Of a stretch of 64,000 nucleotides of DNA, positions 9,488-17,823 are shown one piece after another; position 1 is the first letter of the stretch; each line of letters begins with the position of its first letter. Position numbers and translations under genes: made by a program. The stretch is from assembly GCA_038060895.1 (NCBI GenBank), contig JBBTCT010000009.1:304082-368081 (forward strand), written 5' to 3'. This DNA comes from Planctomycetota bacterium. Lineage in GTDB: Bacteria > Planctomycetota > MHYJ01 > WSZJ01. The notes below the pieces were generated by a model. That model did no database searches, was not told where the DNA came from, and was given only the letters and a program-made list of their open reading frames with translations.

Positions 9488-9802
9488 TCAGGATTCAGGT
9501 TCCATGGAAAAAGTCAGCGGCCAACCGGCTCCTCGCGCCATGGAGTGCGCCTGCTCGATGTGGAATTCAGCCTGCTCCCGGGACTCGACCTTCACGAGGG
9601 CGACCCCCTTGAAGTGAGCCTCGAGCATCACCTTCGCCGAGGAAAGGAAGCCGAGTTTCCAGACTTCCTGGAGCACTTTGGTCACGTACTCCATCGGCGT
9701 GACGTCGTCGTTATGGATGAGAACGCGCCACAACGGCGCCAGCCGCGTCTCGACGTGTTCCTTCGGGACGCTGCGGACCGCAGGGGCGGCTGTCGGCGGC
9801 AT
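9488..9802 (-). CDS. clpS: ATP-dependent Clp protease adaptor ClpS
   Basis: WRVLIHNDDVTPMEYV, MLEAHFKGVA, PLTFSMEPE; start reassigned to ATG 9802. Confidence 0.93.
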   Translation of the reverse strand: MPPTAAPAVRSVPKEHVETRLAPLWRVLIHNDDVTPMEYVTKVLQEVWKLGFLSSAKVMLEAHFKGVALVKVESREQAEFHIEQAHSMARGAGWPLTFSMEPES

Positions 9803-9845
9803 GGATGCATTGTCGGAGCCGGAGCCCGGTCGCGGCAACCGGGAA

Positions 9846-11108
9846 CTATTTCAGGACGGGAAGCGACACGGCAAGCGGTTTGCCGTCGCGAAGCAGCTTC
9901 AGCTGCACGGACTTGCCCGCCTCGCGGGTGAATCGGAACCAGGTCTGGAAGTGCTGGTGCGACCTGAAGTCGGAAACACCGTCCACGGCGAGCAGGATGT
10001 CCCCCTTCTGCACGCCTGCCTTCCGGGCGCTGCGGCCGGTTTCCGCGCGCTCTCCCCAGTCGATCAGGTAGGAGATCCGGATGGCGAAGGCGTCCGGTGC
10101 GAGCCCGAGTTTTTTCTTTTCGTCCGCCGGGAGATCACCGCCGCCGAAACCGGGATCGGGTTTCAGCAGCCACATCGCCGGGCGCCACGAATACTCCAGC
10201 GGCGTCGAGGCTTTCCAGCCTTCAGACAGGACGATCTTCGCCGGGCGCTCGTCCTGGCCGCGCGCGAACATGACCTCGATCGTTCCCCCCGACGGCGGGG
10301 TGTTGTGGAGAACCCATTGCACGTCCGGTTCCGTGCTCACCCTCGCTCCATTTACGCTGACCAGGCGATCGCCCGCGGACAACCCGGCGATCGCCGCAGC
10401 CGAGTCCTTCGTCACTTCTTTCAGGACGGCGGGATTCGCCGGGTCCAGGCGCAGGCCGAGTTTGTCGGGAAGCGGCCAGATCCACTTTCCCTCGGGCGTC
10501 CACGTCCGGTCGCTCATCGACTGCTCGCGCATCGCCTCCGTCGCCATGTGGCAGTGAAAACACGAGATCTCCTTGTTCTTCTTGAGCCGCTCCGCGAAAA
10601 CCGGGATCTCCTCGATCGGGAGAGGCGCCGTCGCTTCGCGCACCTTTCCGGAAGCGCGGTAGGCTTCGTCCTCCTTCAGACCCGCGGACAGGAGATGCGT
10701 CAGGGCCTCCATCGACAACCGGGCGTCCGCGGATTCCCAGCTTCGACCGCCGTAACGGTGGTAAATGGTGCCGTCCGCATTCATGAGCAGCGCCGCGAAC
10801 GTGAGATCCCAGTCGAACACGTAGGTGTTGAGATCCACGCCTTTCATATTCGTCACCCGGACGCACACCCAGGCTTTCGCGGCGTCACGGAACCCCTGCG
10901 GCGGACGGACGACCTGCCCGTCGAACCCGGAACAGTCTTTTCAGGATTCGCAGCGAAAGACGACCAGCATCGGCCGCCCGGACTTCCGGGACTCCTCGCG
11001 CGCCGCAGCCAGGTCCGTGAGCCACGGAAAATCTTCTCCCCCCGCGGAAGCGGGACGCAGGAGCGCAAGGGCGAGCAGGGAAGCTGCGAGAGCGAGGCGG
11101 GATCGCAT
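9846..11108 (-). CDS. Thioredoxin-fold/PDZ domain protein, probable selenoprotein (in-frame TGA at codon 56)
   Basis: Manual translation from ATG 11108 (AAGGAG upstream): signal peptide, W.TDLAAAREESRKSGRPMLVVFRCES-TGA-KDCSGFD, in frame with the 340-aa ORF; two PDZ-like segments; CFHCH motif. Confidence 0.85.
10904..10922 (-). promoter_or_regulatory. Putative bacterial SECIS hairpin
   Basis: GACGGGC-AGGTC-GTCCGTC on minus strand; apical loop starts 25 nt after the TGA at 10941-10943; loop resembles the E. coli fdhF AGGUCU loop. Confidence 0.6.
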
Positions 11109-11115
11109 GCGGCCG

Positions 11116-12249
11116 CTACTCCTTGTGACGCTGCCAGTTCTCGAAGAGCGCGATGAACTCCGGGTCGCGCTTCCTCAGATTCTCGTGGTCGATCTTACCG
11201 CTCCGGGTCATCAGCACGTAGGCCAGTTCCTCTGGCGCCAGGCGCATGTCCCGCCTGGCGTTCTCAAACCACTCCATGCTCGTCTGCGCCGCGGCCTGCA
11301 GGTCCTCGACCTTGGGCCTCCGCGAACGCTCGAATTCGGCCAGCGCGGCGGGGACATTGCCGGTCCGTTCCATCGCTTCGAACAGCGCGATCGAATCCTC
11401 GAAGGCGAGGCGCGTGCCGGAACCGATCGAAAAGTGCGCGGTGTGAAGCGCGTCGCCGATGAGGACGGTGTTGCCGTGGACCCAGCGCCGGTTCTTCACC
11501 ACGTTGAAATTCAGCCACGCGGACTTGTTCGACATCAACGCCGCCCCCCTCAGGTCGTCCGCGAACACGCCCTGCAGGTACTTCCGCGTCTCCGCTTCGT
11601 CCTTCCTGTCCATCCCCGCTTTCTTCCACGTTTCCGGGTCCGTCTCAACGATGAAGGTGCTGGTCGCGGTGTCGAACTTATAGGCGTGCGCGATCCAGAG
11701 TCCGTCGGAGTTCTCGCGGAAGATGAGCGTGAGTCCGTGGAAGAGCGTATTGGCGCCGTACCAGATGTACTTGTTGGGGCGGACGTCGATGGAGGGGCCG
11801 AATTCTGTGGCATAGGTGCGCCGCACCGTGGAATTCAGGCCGTCGGCGGCGACCACCATGTCGTAACCGGCCCACTGGGAGGGCTGGGTCAGTTCGGTCT
11901 GGAAGCGGACGTCCACGCCGGCGTCGATGCAGTGTTTCTGGAGGATCTGCAGGATCGAGAGTCGGCGGATTCCGGCGAAGCGGTTGCCGCGGATCGAGAT
12001 CTTGCGGCCCTTGTGGACGATGTCGACGTTGTCCCACATCTGGAATGTGGAGGTGATGTCGCGCCACGAGGGTTCGTCGTTGTCCTTGAGGTAGTTCTGG
12101 GTCTTGTCGTTGAAGACGACTCCCCATCCGAATGTGGCGTCGGGGGCGTTGCGCTCGGCGACGCGGATGTCCCAGTCATTGTGCTTCTTCTTCGCGAGGA
12201 GCGAGAAGTACAGGCCGGCCGGGCCGCCGCCGAGGACGAGGATTCTCAT
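11116..12249 (-). CDS. FAD-dependent monooxygenase (similar to N-terminal domain of salicylyl-/anthraniloyl-CoA monooxygenase)
   Basis: GGGPAGLY, ERNAPDATFGWGVVF, DMVVAADG, GDALHTAHFSIGSGTRLAFED. Confidence 0.85.
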   Translation of the reverse strand: MRILVLGGGPAGLYFSLLAKKKHNDWDIRVAERNAPDATFGWGVVFNDKTQNYLKDNDEPSWRDITSTFQMWDNVDIVHKGRKISIRGNRFAGIRRLSILQILQKHCIDAGVDVRFQTELTQPSQWAGYDMVVAADGLNSTVRRTYATEFGPSIDVRPNKYIWYGANTLFHGLTLIFRENSDGLWIAHAYKFDTATSTFIVETDPETWKKAGMDRKDEAETRKYLQGVFADDLRGAALMSNKSAWLNFNVVKNRRWVHGNTVLIGDALHTAHFSIGSGTRLAFEDSIALFEAMERTGNVPAALAEFERSRRPKVEDLQAAAQTSMEWFENARRDMRLAPEELAYVLMTRSGKIDHENLRKRDPEFIALFENWQRHKE

Positions 12250-12347
12250 GCGCGTAGCGTATCGAAGTCCGCCCGCGGCTTACAGGAATTGGAAATCGGC
12301 CAGGCAGGCGCCTTAACCGGACGGCTGCAGGATCTTGACTTCCGTTC

Positions 12348-13007
12348 CTAGGCTCTCGCCTCGCTGCTGAACAACGCCCTGTAGGTGAAACTCGCCGCCA
12401 CGGCGCCGATCGCGGGGCCGAGAAGGTAGACCACCGGGTCGGGGCAGCACTTGCTCGCGAAAATCCCCGTCCCGAGCCACCGCGCCTGGTTCATGGCGGC
12501 GCCTGTGACCGGCCCGCCCATCAGGATGTCCATGCAGACCGTGAGGCCGATGCCGAATCCGCCGATCTTCGGTGCGTTCTTGTCCACCGCCGTGCCGAGA
12601 ACCGCGGTCAGGAGGAAAAACGTCAGCGCCGCTTCAACCAGGATCCCGATTCCGACGGAAGTCTTGTCGAGGTGCGGGGTGGCGCCCAGAAGATCGGCGC
12701 CGCTGAAAATGGATTTGAGGAGCAGGCCCGCGACGAAAGCTCCCGCGCACTGGGAAATCCAGTAGGGGATCGCTTCGCCGATCTTCATCTTGCCGATCGA
12801 GAGCAGCCCGAGCGTGACGGAAGGGTTGAATTGTCCGCCCGAAATGTGGCCCATCGCCGAAATCATCGTCGCCAGCGCCAGACCGTGTGCGATCGCGATC
12901 GCCAGCAGGCTGTTCCCGCCGTTCAGGATCGCCCCGCCGCCGATGAACGTCAGCGCAAATGTCCCGATCAGTTCCGCGACGCACGCCCCCATCAGCTTCT
13001 TGTCCAT
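12348..13007 (-). CDS. MIP family channel (aquaporin) with variant NPA boxes
   Basis: AELIGTF, ISGGQFNPSVT, GPVTGAAMNQARW; six hydrophobic segments. Confidence 0.9.
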   Translation of the reverse strand: MDKKLMGACVAELIGTFALTFIGGGAILNGGNSLLAIAIAHGLALATMISAMGHISGGQFNPSVTLGLLSIGKMKIGEAIPYWISQCAGAFVAGLLLKSIFSGADLLGATPHLDKTSVGIGILVEAALTFFLLTAVLGTAVDKNAPKIGGFGIGLTVCMDILMGGPVTGAAMNQARWLGTGIFASKCCPDPVVYLLGPAIGAVAASFTYRALFSSEARA

Positions 13008-13049
13008 GCGCTTCAGTTTCCTTATCTCGGGTTGCGAAGTCCGGGAATC

Positions 13050-14207
13050 CTATGCCCTCGCCCGTTCCTCGACCACTTTTGAAAGCGCCTCCTTGACCAA
13101 CCGGTCCACTTCCAGCCCTTTCTCAGCTTCCGCCGCCTTCTCCGGCGAGCTGGCCGTGGCCGGGGCGCGCGGCATGAGGAAGGAGCAGCAGTCGTCGTGA
13201 GGAAGGTTGCTGATGTCGAAGGTAAAGATGCGGCGGGCGGTGTCGATGATTTCCTGCTTGTCCATGCCGATGAGCGGGCGAAGGACGGGGATCGTGGCGA
13301 CGGCGTTGATGGTCTCGAGGTTTGTGAGGGTCTGGGAAGCGACCTGGCCGAGCGAGTCGCCGGTAACGAGCGCGTGGGCGTCCTCGCGGCGGGCGATGGC
13401 TTCGGCGATGCGGGTCATGAAGCGCCGGTAGAGGATGATGCGGAATTCCTGCGGGGAGTTGGTGACGATTTCCTGCTGGATGGGAGCGAACGGCACGAGG
13501 TGAAGGCGCGCGGTGCCCTGCCAAGGCTCGAGTTTCTGGGAGAGTTCGCGGACTTTGTCGAGCGAAGCCTGGGACGTGAAGGGCATGGAATGAAAATGGA
13601 CGAAGCTCGTGCGGCAGCCGCGGCGGATCATGCGCCAGGCGGCGACGGGGGAGTCGATGCCGCCCGAGAGAAGGGTGACGACGCGGCCGGCCGTGCCGGC
13701 GGGGAGACCGCCGGGGCCGGGCTCTTTGCGGAAGTAGGCGTAGAAGTCCTTGTTCACGACCTCGACGAATATTTCGAGGTCCGGGGACTCCAGGTCCACG
13801 GTGGTTCCCGGGATCAACTTCTGCACGAACGCGCCGAGCCGGCGGTTCATCTGCTCGGACGTGAGCGGGTACTCCTTGTTCATGCGGCGGCAGCGGCAGG
13901 CGAAGGACTTCACGTTCATTGAGGGCAACTCCGCCGCGAGGAGAGCCTCGAGAGCGTCCATTTCGGCCTTGAGGACGTGAATGCGCGCGAAGTAGGAGAT
14001 GCCGAATACGCACGAGAGGCGCCGGCGGACTTCGTCCCACGGGGCGGCTTCGGGGAGGCTGAGCAGGATTCGGCCCGGCTGGCGACGGATCTTGAGTTCG
14101 CCCAGCGGCGCAAGCAGGCGCTTGGCGTTTTCGGCCAGGCGGATCTCAAAATAGGGGCGATTCTTGCCCTTGAGGCCGAGTTCGGCGTAGTGGAGGACGA
14201 TTTGCAT
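13050..14207 (-). CDS. thiI: tRNA 4-thiouridine synthase ThiI (no rhodanese domain)
   Basis: HYAELGLKGKNR, THUMP region, PP-loop LLSGGIDSPVA, GQVASQT, RPLIGMDKQEI, DDCC. Confidence 0.93.
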   Translation of the reverse strand: MQIVLHYAELGLKGKNRPYFEIRLAENAKRLLAPLGELKIRRQPGRILLSLPEAAPWDEVRRRLSCVFGISYFARIHVLKAEMDALEALLAAELPSMNVKSFACRCRRMNKEYPLTSEQMNRRLGAFVQKLIPGTTVDLESPDLEIFVEVVNKDFYAYFRKEPGPGGLPAGTAGRVVTLLSGGIDSPVAAWRMIRRGCRTSFVHFHSMPFTSQASLDKVRELSQKLEPWQGTARLHLVPFAPIQQEIVTNSPQEFRIILYRRFMTRIAEAIARREDAHALVTGDSLGQVASQTLTNLETINAVATIPVLRPLIGMDKQEIIDTARRIFTFDISNLPHDDCCSFLMPRAPATASSPEKAAEAEKGLEVDRLVKEALSKVVEERARA

Positions 14208-14368
14208 TGTGGGAGGAAGTCTATAACAGGAGTGGAAGCGGAAAGCGAGGTGGAAGGGTTGGCCCGCAGGGCTGGCCAGTCCATTTCATCTCAGCTTTTC
14301 TGTGAACCTCATTCAAACCTCACGCGATCAAGGTGGTACAGCGCCGAAGTACGAAAGGACCTACTGTC

Positions 14369-15616
14369 ATGACATGCGACGCAACTCGTTCACAGCTAAC
14401 GGATTATGTTAAAAACGAGCTGACGAGAGCCGAAGCCGATGACGTCGCCGCTCACCTCAATACCTGCGAAAATTGCCGATCCAACGAGGCCGAAATTCGA
14501 AAGAATTTCGGCCTTCTTCGTTTGGCAACGGCTCCCAAGCCCCCCGACGCTCTCTGGGCCCGGATTTCCGCTTCTGTTGATGAGATCGAAGCCGGCAGGG
14601 GGCTGGAAGTGGCCGCAAGGCCAGCCGCGTGGGTCTGGCGGGGGATGGCCATCGCCGCGACCCTCCTCATTACCATCTCTGCCGTCATGCTGTTCAATCA
14701 CACCGGACGCCCCGATGCTCCGGCCGTTGCCCGCCTGGATCTGCTCGGACCGGGAGTCACGATTTACCGTATGACAGGTACGGACCGCCAGCCGATGAAA
14801 CAAGGCAGCACGCTGGCGCAAGGCGAGACACTCGTCATGGACCCAGGAGCGGCTGCAATTTTTACGATCCAGGGCGTCGGAAAGTTCAGGGTTGCGGGCG
14901 GCTCCACGCTTCGTATCACAGGCCCCCGCGCCATTCAGCTGGAAAAAGGCGAACTCATCGCCGACATCAACCCGGGCGGCAAAGGTTTTGAGATTTCGGC
15001 GCCGCAGGCAAGCGCCATCGTCCTCGGAACCCTCTTTCGCGTCAGCGCCGCCGGCGAGCGCACTTCGCTGACCGTCGCCCGGGGAAGCGTCAGATTCAGC
15101 AATTCATCCGGTGCCGTCGACGTGAAGGCCGGATATCAGTCGGCCGCGCTCGCAGGAAAGTCTCCCGCGGCCCCCCTTGAACTCGCCGCCGATGCCGCCG
15201 ACTGGGATCTCTTCCGGTCCGTCGCACCCGCCCCGCGCGTCGAACTCTCGATCGAAGCGGCGACCGCGGGAAAGCCGGTGCACTTCCAGATTACGCTCAG
15301 TTCCGACGCGCCGACGGACATCGAGGCGGGCGTCACGGAGCGCACCTACGTCATCCTCACGCTCGAAGACCCGACCGGCGCCCGCCGACTGGTCCGCCTT
15401 GCGGCCGGGGATCTCACCGCGTCCTGCGACGGGCAGGTCGTGAATGGCCTCGCTTCCATCGATCGCGAAAAGAGACTCGTCCTCAAGGGCGAATTGCGCG
15501 GGCTCGCCGCGGACGGAACGTGGCGCGTCAGCGCGCTCTTCGCCAGCGGCGGCCGCGAGGACTCGTGGGCCGGTTATTCCGAATCGCAGACCATGGCGAT
15601 CGAGGTGAAGCGGTGA
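14369..15616 (+). CDS. Zinc-finger anti-sigma factor with transmembrane helix and FecR domain
   Basis: Start ATG 14369 after AAAGGA; HLNTCENC ZAS motif; TM segment; LEKGE...VLGTLFRV...VARGSV FecR pattern. Confidence 0.8.
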   Translation: MTCDATRSQLTDYVKNELTRAEADDVAAHLNTCENCRSNEAEIRKNFGLLRLATAPKPPDALWARISASVDEIEAGRGLEVAARPAAWVWRGMAIAATLLITISAVMLFNHTGRPDAPAVARLDLLGPGVTIYRMTGTDRQPMKQGSTLAQGETLVMDPGAAAIFTIQGVGKFRVAGGSTLRITGPRAIQLEKGELIADINPGGKGFEISAPQASAIVLGTLFRVSAAGERTSLTVARGSVRFSNSSGAVDVKAGYQSAALAGKSPAAPLELAADAADWDLFRSVAPAPRVELSIEAATAGKPVHFQITLSSDAPTDIEAGVTERTYVILTLEDPTGARRLVRLAAGDLTASCDGQVVNGLASIDREKRLVLKGELRGLAADGTWRVSALFASGGREDSWAGYSESQTMAIEVKR

Positions 15617-15683
15617 ACCGATCCGTGGCTGGCGGCGTCCATTCCAGTAGCATCCGGCACTTCATTGAAACCCGGAGGAACTG

Positions 15684-17795
15684 ATGGACCTGTCGCCAAT
15701 CCTGGGGAAGATCGAATCGGTTCGCGGCCGCGCGCGGCAGCTTGTGACGCTGGACGGCGCGTGCCGCGTGGCGCTCGTGGTGCTGGTCGCGGCGCTTTTC
15801 TCGTTCTGCATCGACTTTTTCATTCCGAAATTGCCGCTCGGCGTCCGCGCCACCGTCCTGATCGCCGGCCTCGCGGCGGCCGGGTTCGCGGCCTGGCGCT
15901 ACGTCGTCACGCCGCTCTCGGTCAAACTCTCGGATGACGACCTCGCGCTTTGCGTCGAGCAGCAGTTCCCCGACTTGCAGGACCGGCTGATCAGCGCGAT
16001 CCAGCTCAACCGGCAGCGCGGCGAATTCTCGCGCTTCAATTCGCCCGAACTCGTCGACGCCCTCGTGAAAGACGCCATGAACGAAGCGGCGCCCCTGGAC
16101 TTCTCGCCGGTGCTGCTCCCCGCGGGCCCGATGAAGATTGCAGCGGGGACGGCGGCGGCGGTTCTGGTAGCGGGAGCCTTGGCGATCTGGCAGTTCGATG
16201 CCGTGAAGACCTGGGCCGCGCGCCTCTTCAGCGATTCGGTTCAGTGGCCGAAGAAGACGCGGATCGTCGTGCTGGAGCCTTCGGGCAACCCCGTGACCGT
16301 GGCCAAGGGCGACGACCTGCGAGTCGAGGTCGAGACGCAGGGGTCCGTGCCCCGCAAGGCGCTGATTCACTATCGCTTCTCCGGCCAGGGTGAGCCGATC
16401 TCCCGGCCGATGCGCGCCGGTTCGAAGGGCAACTGGCTCTTCGATTTCTCGAAGGTCATCGAGCCGATGGAGTTCTGGATCGAGGCCGGCGACGACGAGA
16501 CGCTTCCCGTGACGGTGCAGGTGCTGAACCCGCCGACGGTCGAGCGGATCACGCTTCTCTATGACTACCCGGACTACACGCAGCTCAAGGACACGGACCC
16601 GTCGGCGCCGGTTGAGGACGGGAATATCGTGGCGCCGCCCGGGACGCACGTGACGGTGACGGCGCAGGCGAACCTCGACATTTCGAAGGCGAAGGCGGTG
16701 TTCGGGAGACGGGGCGAGGAAGACATGCGCGAGCTGGTGGTGAAGAACGACGCGCAGGGCCGGCCGCGGATGGTGGTGGCGGAGATCGACGTGCTGGCAA
16801 ACACGCAATACGCGATCTGGCTGCAGGCGACCAACGGGCTGCAGACGAATTCGCCGGTGCGGTACTCGATCAAGGCGATCGAGGACAGGCCGCCGGAAAT
16901 CAAGATCAGCGAGCCCAACCTCGACAAGTTCTGCACGGTGCAGGCCCGGATCCCGATCCGGTTTGCGACTTCGGACGACTTCGGCGTGATGAAGCTCGAA
17001 CTGATGATCAAGACCAACGACGCCAAGCGGCCCGAGCAGACCGTGGCCCTGGACGCGTTCAACACCGAGAGCTACCCGTCGAAGAAGATCGACACCGAGT
17101 ACTTCTTCGACATGACCGAGTTCGGCGCCAAGGAAGGCATGGTCATCCAGTACCAGATCGTCGCTCGCGACGGCCGCGAAATCCCGAAGGCGAACGAAAC
17201 GCGGTCGAGGCTCTTCCAGTTCACCGTGATCAAGCGCGACGACCTGCTGAAGAAGATGGAGGACCGCCTGGCTCGGATCCGCGAGGAACTGCAGCGCGTG
17301 ATCCAGTTCCAGGACGGCGGACGCGGGGAAGTGTCGCGCCTGATGGATGCGGTCGGTACGAAAGACATGCTCAGCGCGGTCGAGCGGCAGGCCGTCAACG
17401 GCGCCGCGGGGAACCAGCGCCGCATCACGCAGCACATGGAGCGCATCACGCACGAGTTCGACGAGATCGTCCGCGACATGCGCTACAACAAGCTCCTCGA
17501 GGGCGGCTCCGAAGCCCGCCTCAAGAAGCCCGGCGACCTGCTCCATGGCGTCACCGAGTACAAGTCGCCCGAAGTCGCGACGCTTCTCGGCTCCGCCGCC
17601 AGCGTCGGGCAGGCGAAAGATCGCATGAACAAATTGCAGGACACTTCCATTAAGCAGGAAGACATCCTCACCGACCTGACCACCGTCCTGGCTCTCCTGA
17701 CCGAGTACGAGACCTACCTGGAGGTTGTGCGCTACGTGCGCGAGCTGCTCCAGAAGGTCAAGGGGAACCTCGACGAAATGAGACGCACCAAGTAA
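15684..17795 (+). CDS. Membrane-anchored DUF4175-like protein (TM helices, Ig-like beta domains, coiled coil)
   Basis: GGAGG RBS; three N-terminal hydrophobic segments; E..FPDLQDRLISAIQL; DRPPEI...SDDFGV motif; helical C-terminus. Confidence 0.7.
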   Translation: MDLSPILGKIESVRGRARQLVTLDGACRVALVVLVAALFSFCIDFFIPKLPLGVRATVLIAGLAAAGFAAWRYVVTPLSVKLSDDDLALCVEQQFPDLQDRLISAIQLNRQRGEFSRFNSPELVDALVKDAMNEAAPLDFSPVLLPAGPMKIAAGTAAAVLVAGALAIWQFDAVKTWAARLFSDSVQWPKKTRIVVLEPSGNPVTVAKGDDLRVEVETQGSVPRKALIHYRFSGQGEPISRPMRAGSKGNWLFDFSKVIEPMEFWIEAGDDETLPVTVQVLNPPTVERITLLYDYPDYTQLKDTDPSAPVEDGNIVAPPGTHVTVTAQANLDISKAKAVFGRRGEEDMRELVVKNDAQGRPRMVVAEIDVLANTQYAIWLQATNGLQTNSPVRYSIKAIEDRPPEIKISEPNLDKFCTVQARIPIRFATSDDFGVMKLELMIKTNDAKRPEQTVALDAFNTESYPSKKIDTEYFFDMTEFGAKEGMVIQYQIVARDGREIPKANETRSRLFQFTVIKRDDLLKKMEDRLARIREELQRVIQFQDGGRGEVSRLMDAVGTKDMLSAVERQAVNGAAGNQRRITQHMERITHEFDEIVRDMRYNKLLEGGSEARLKKPGDLLHGVTEYKSPEVATLLGSAASVGQAKDRMNKLQDTSIKQEDILTDLTTVLALLTEYETYLEVVRYVRELLQKVKGNLDEMRRTK

Positions 17796-17823
17796 CGAAA
17801 CCGGGGGCCAGAAGGAGATCGCC

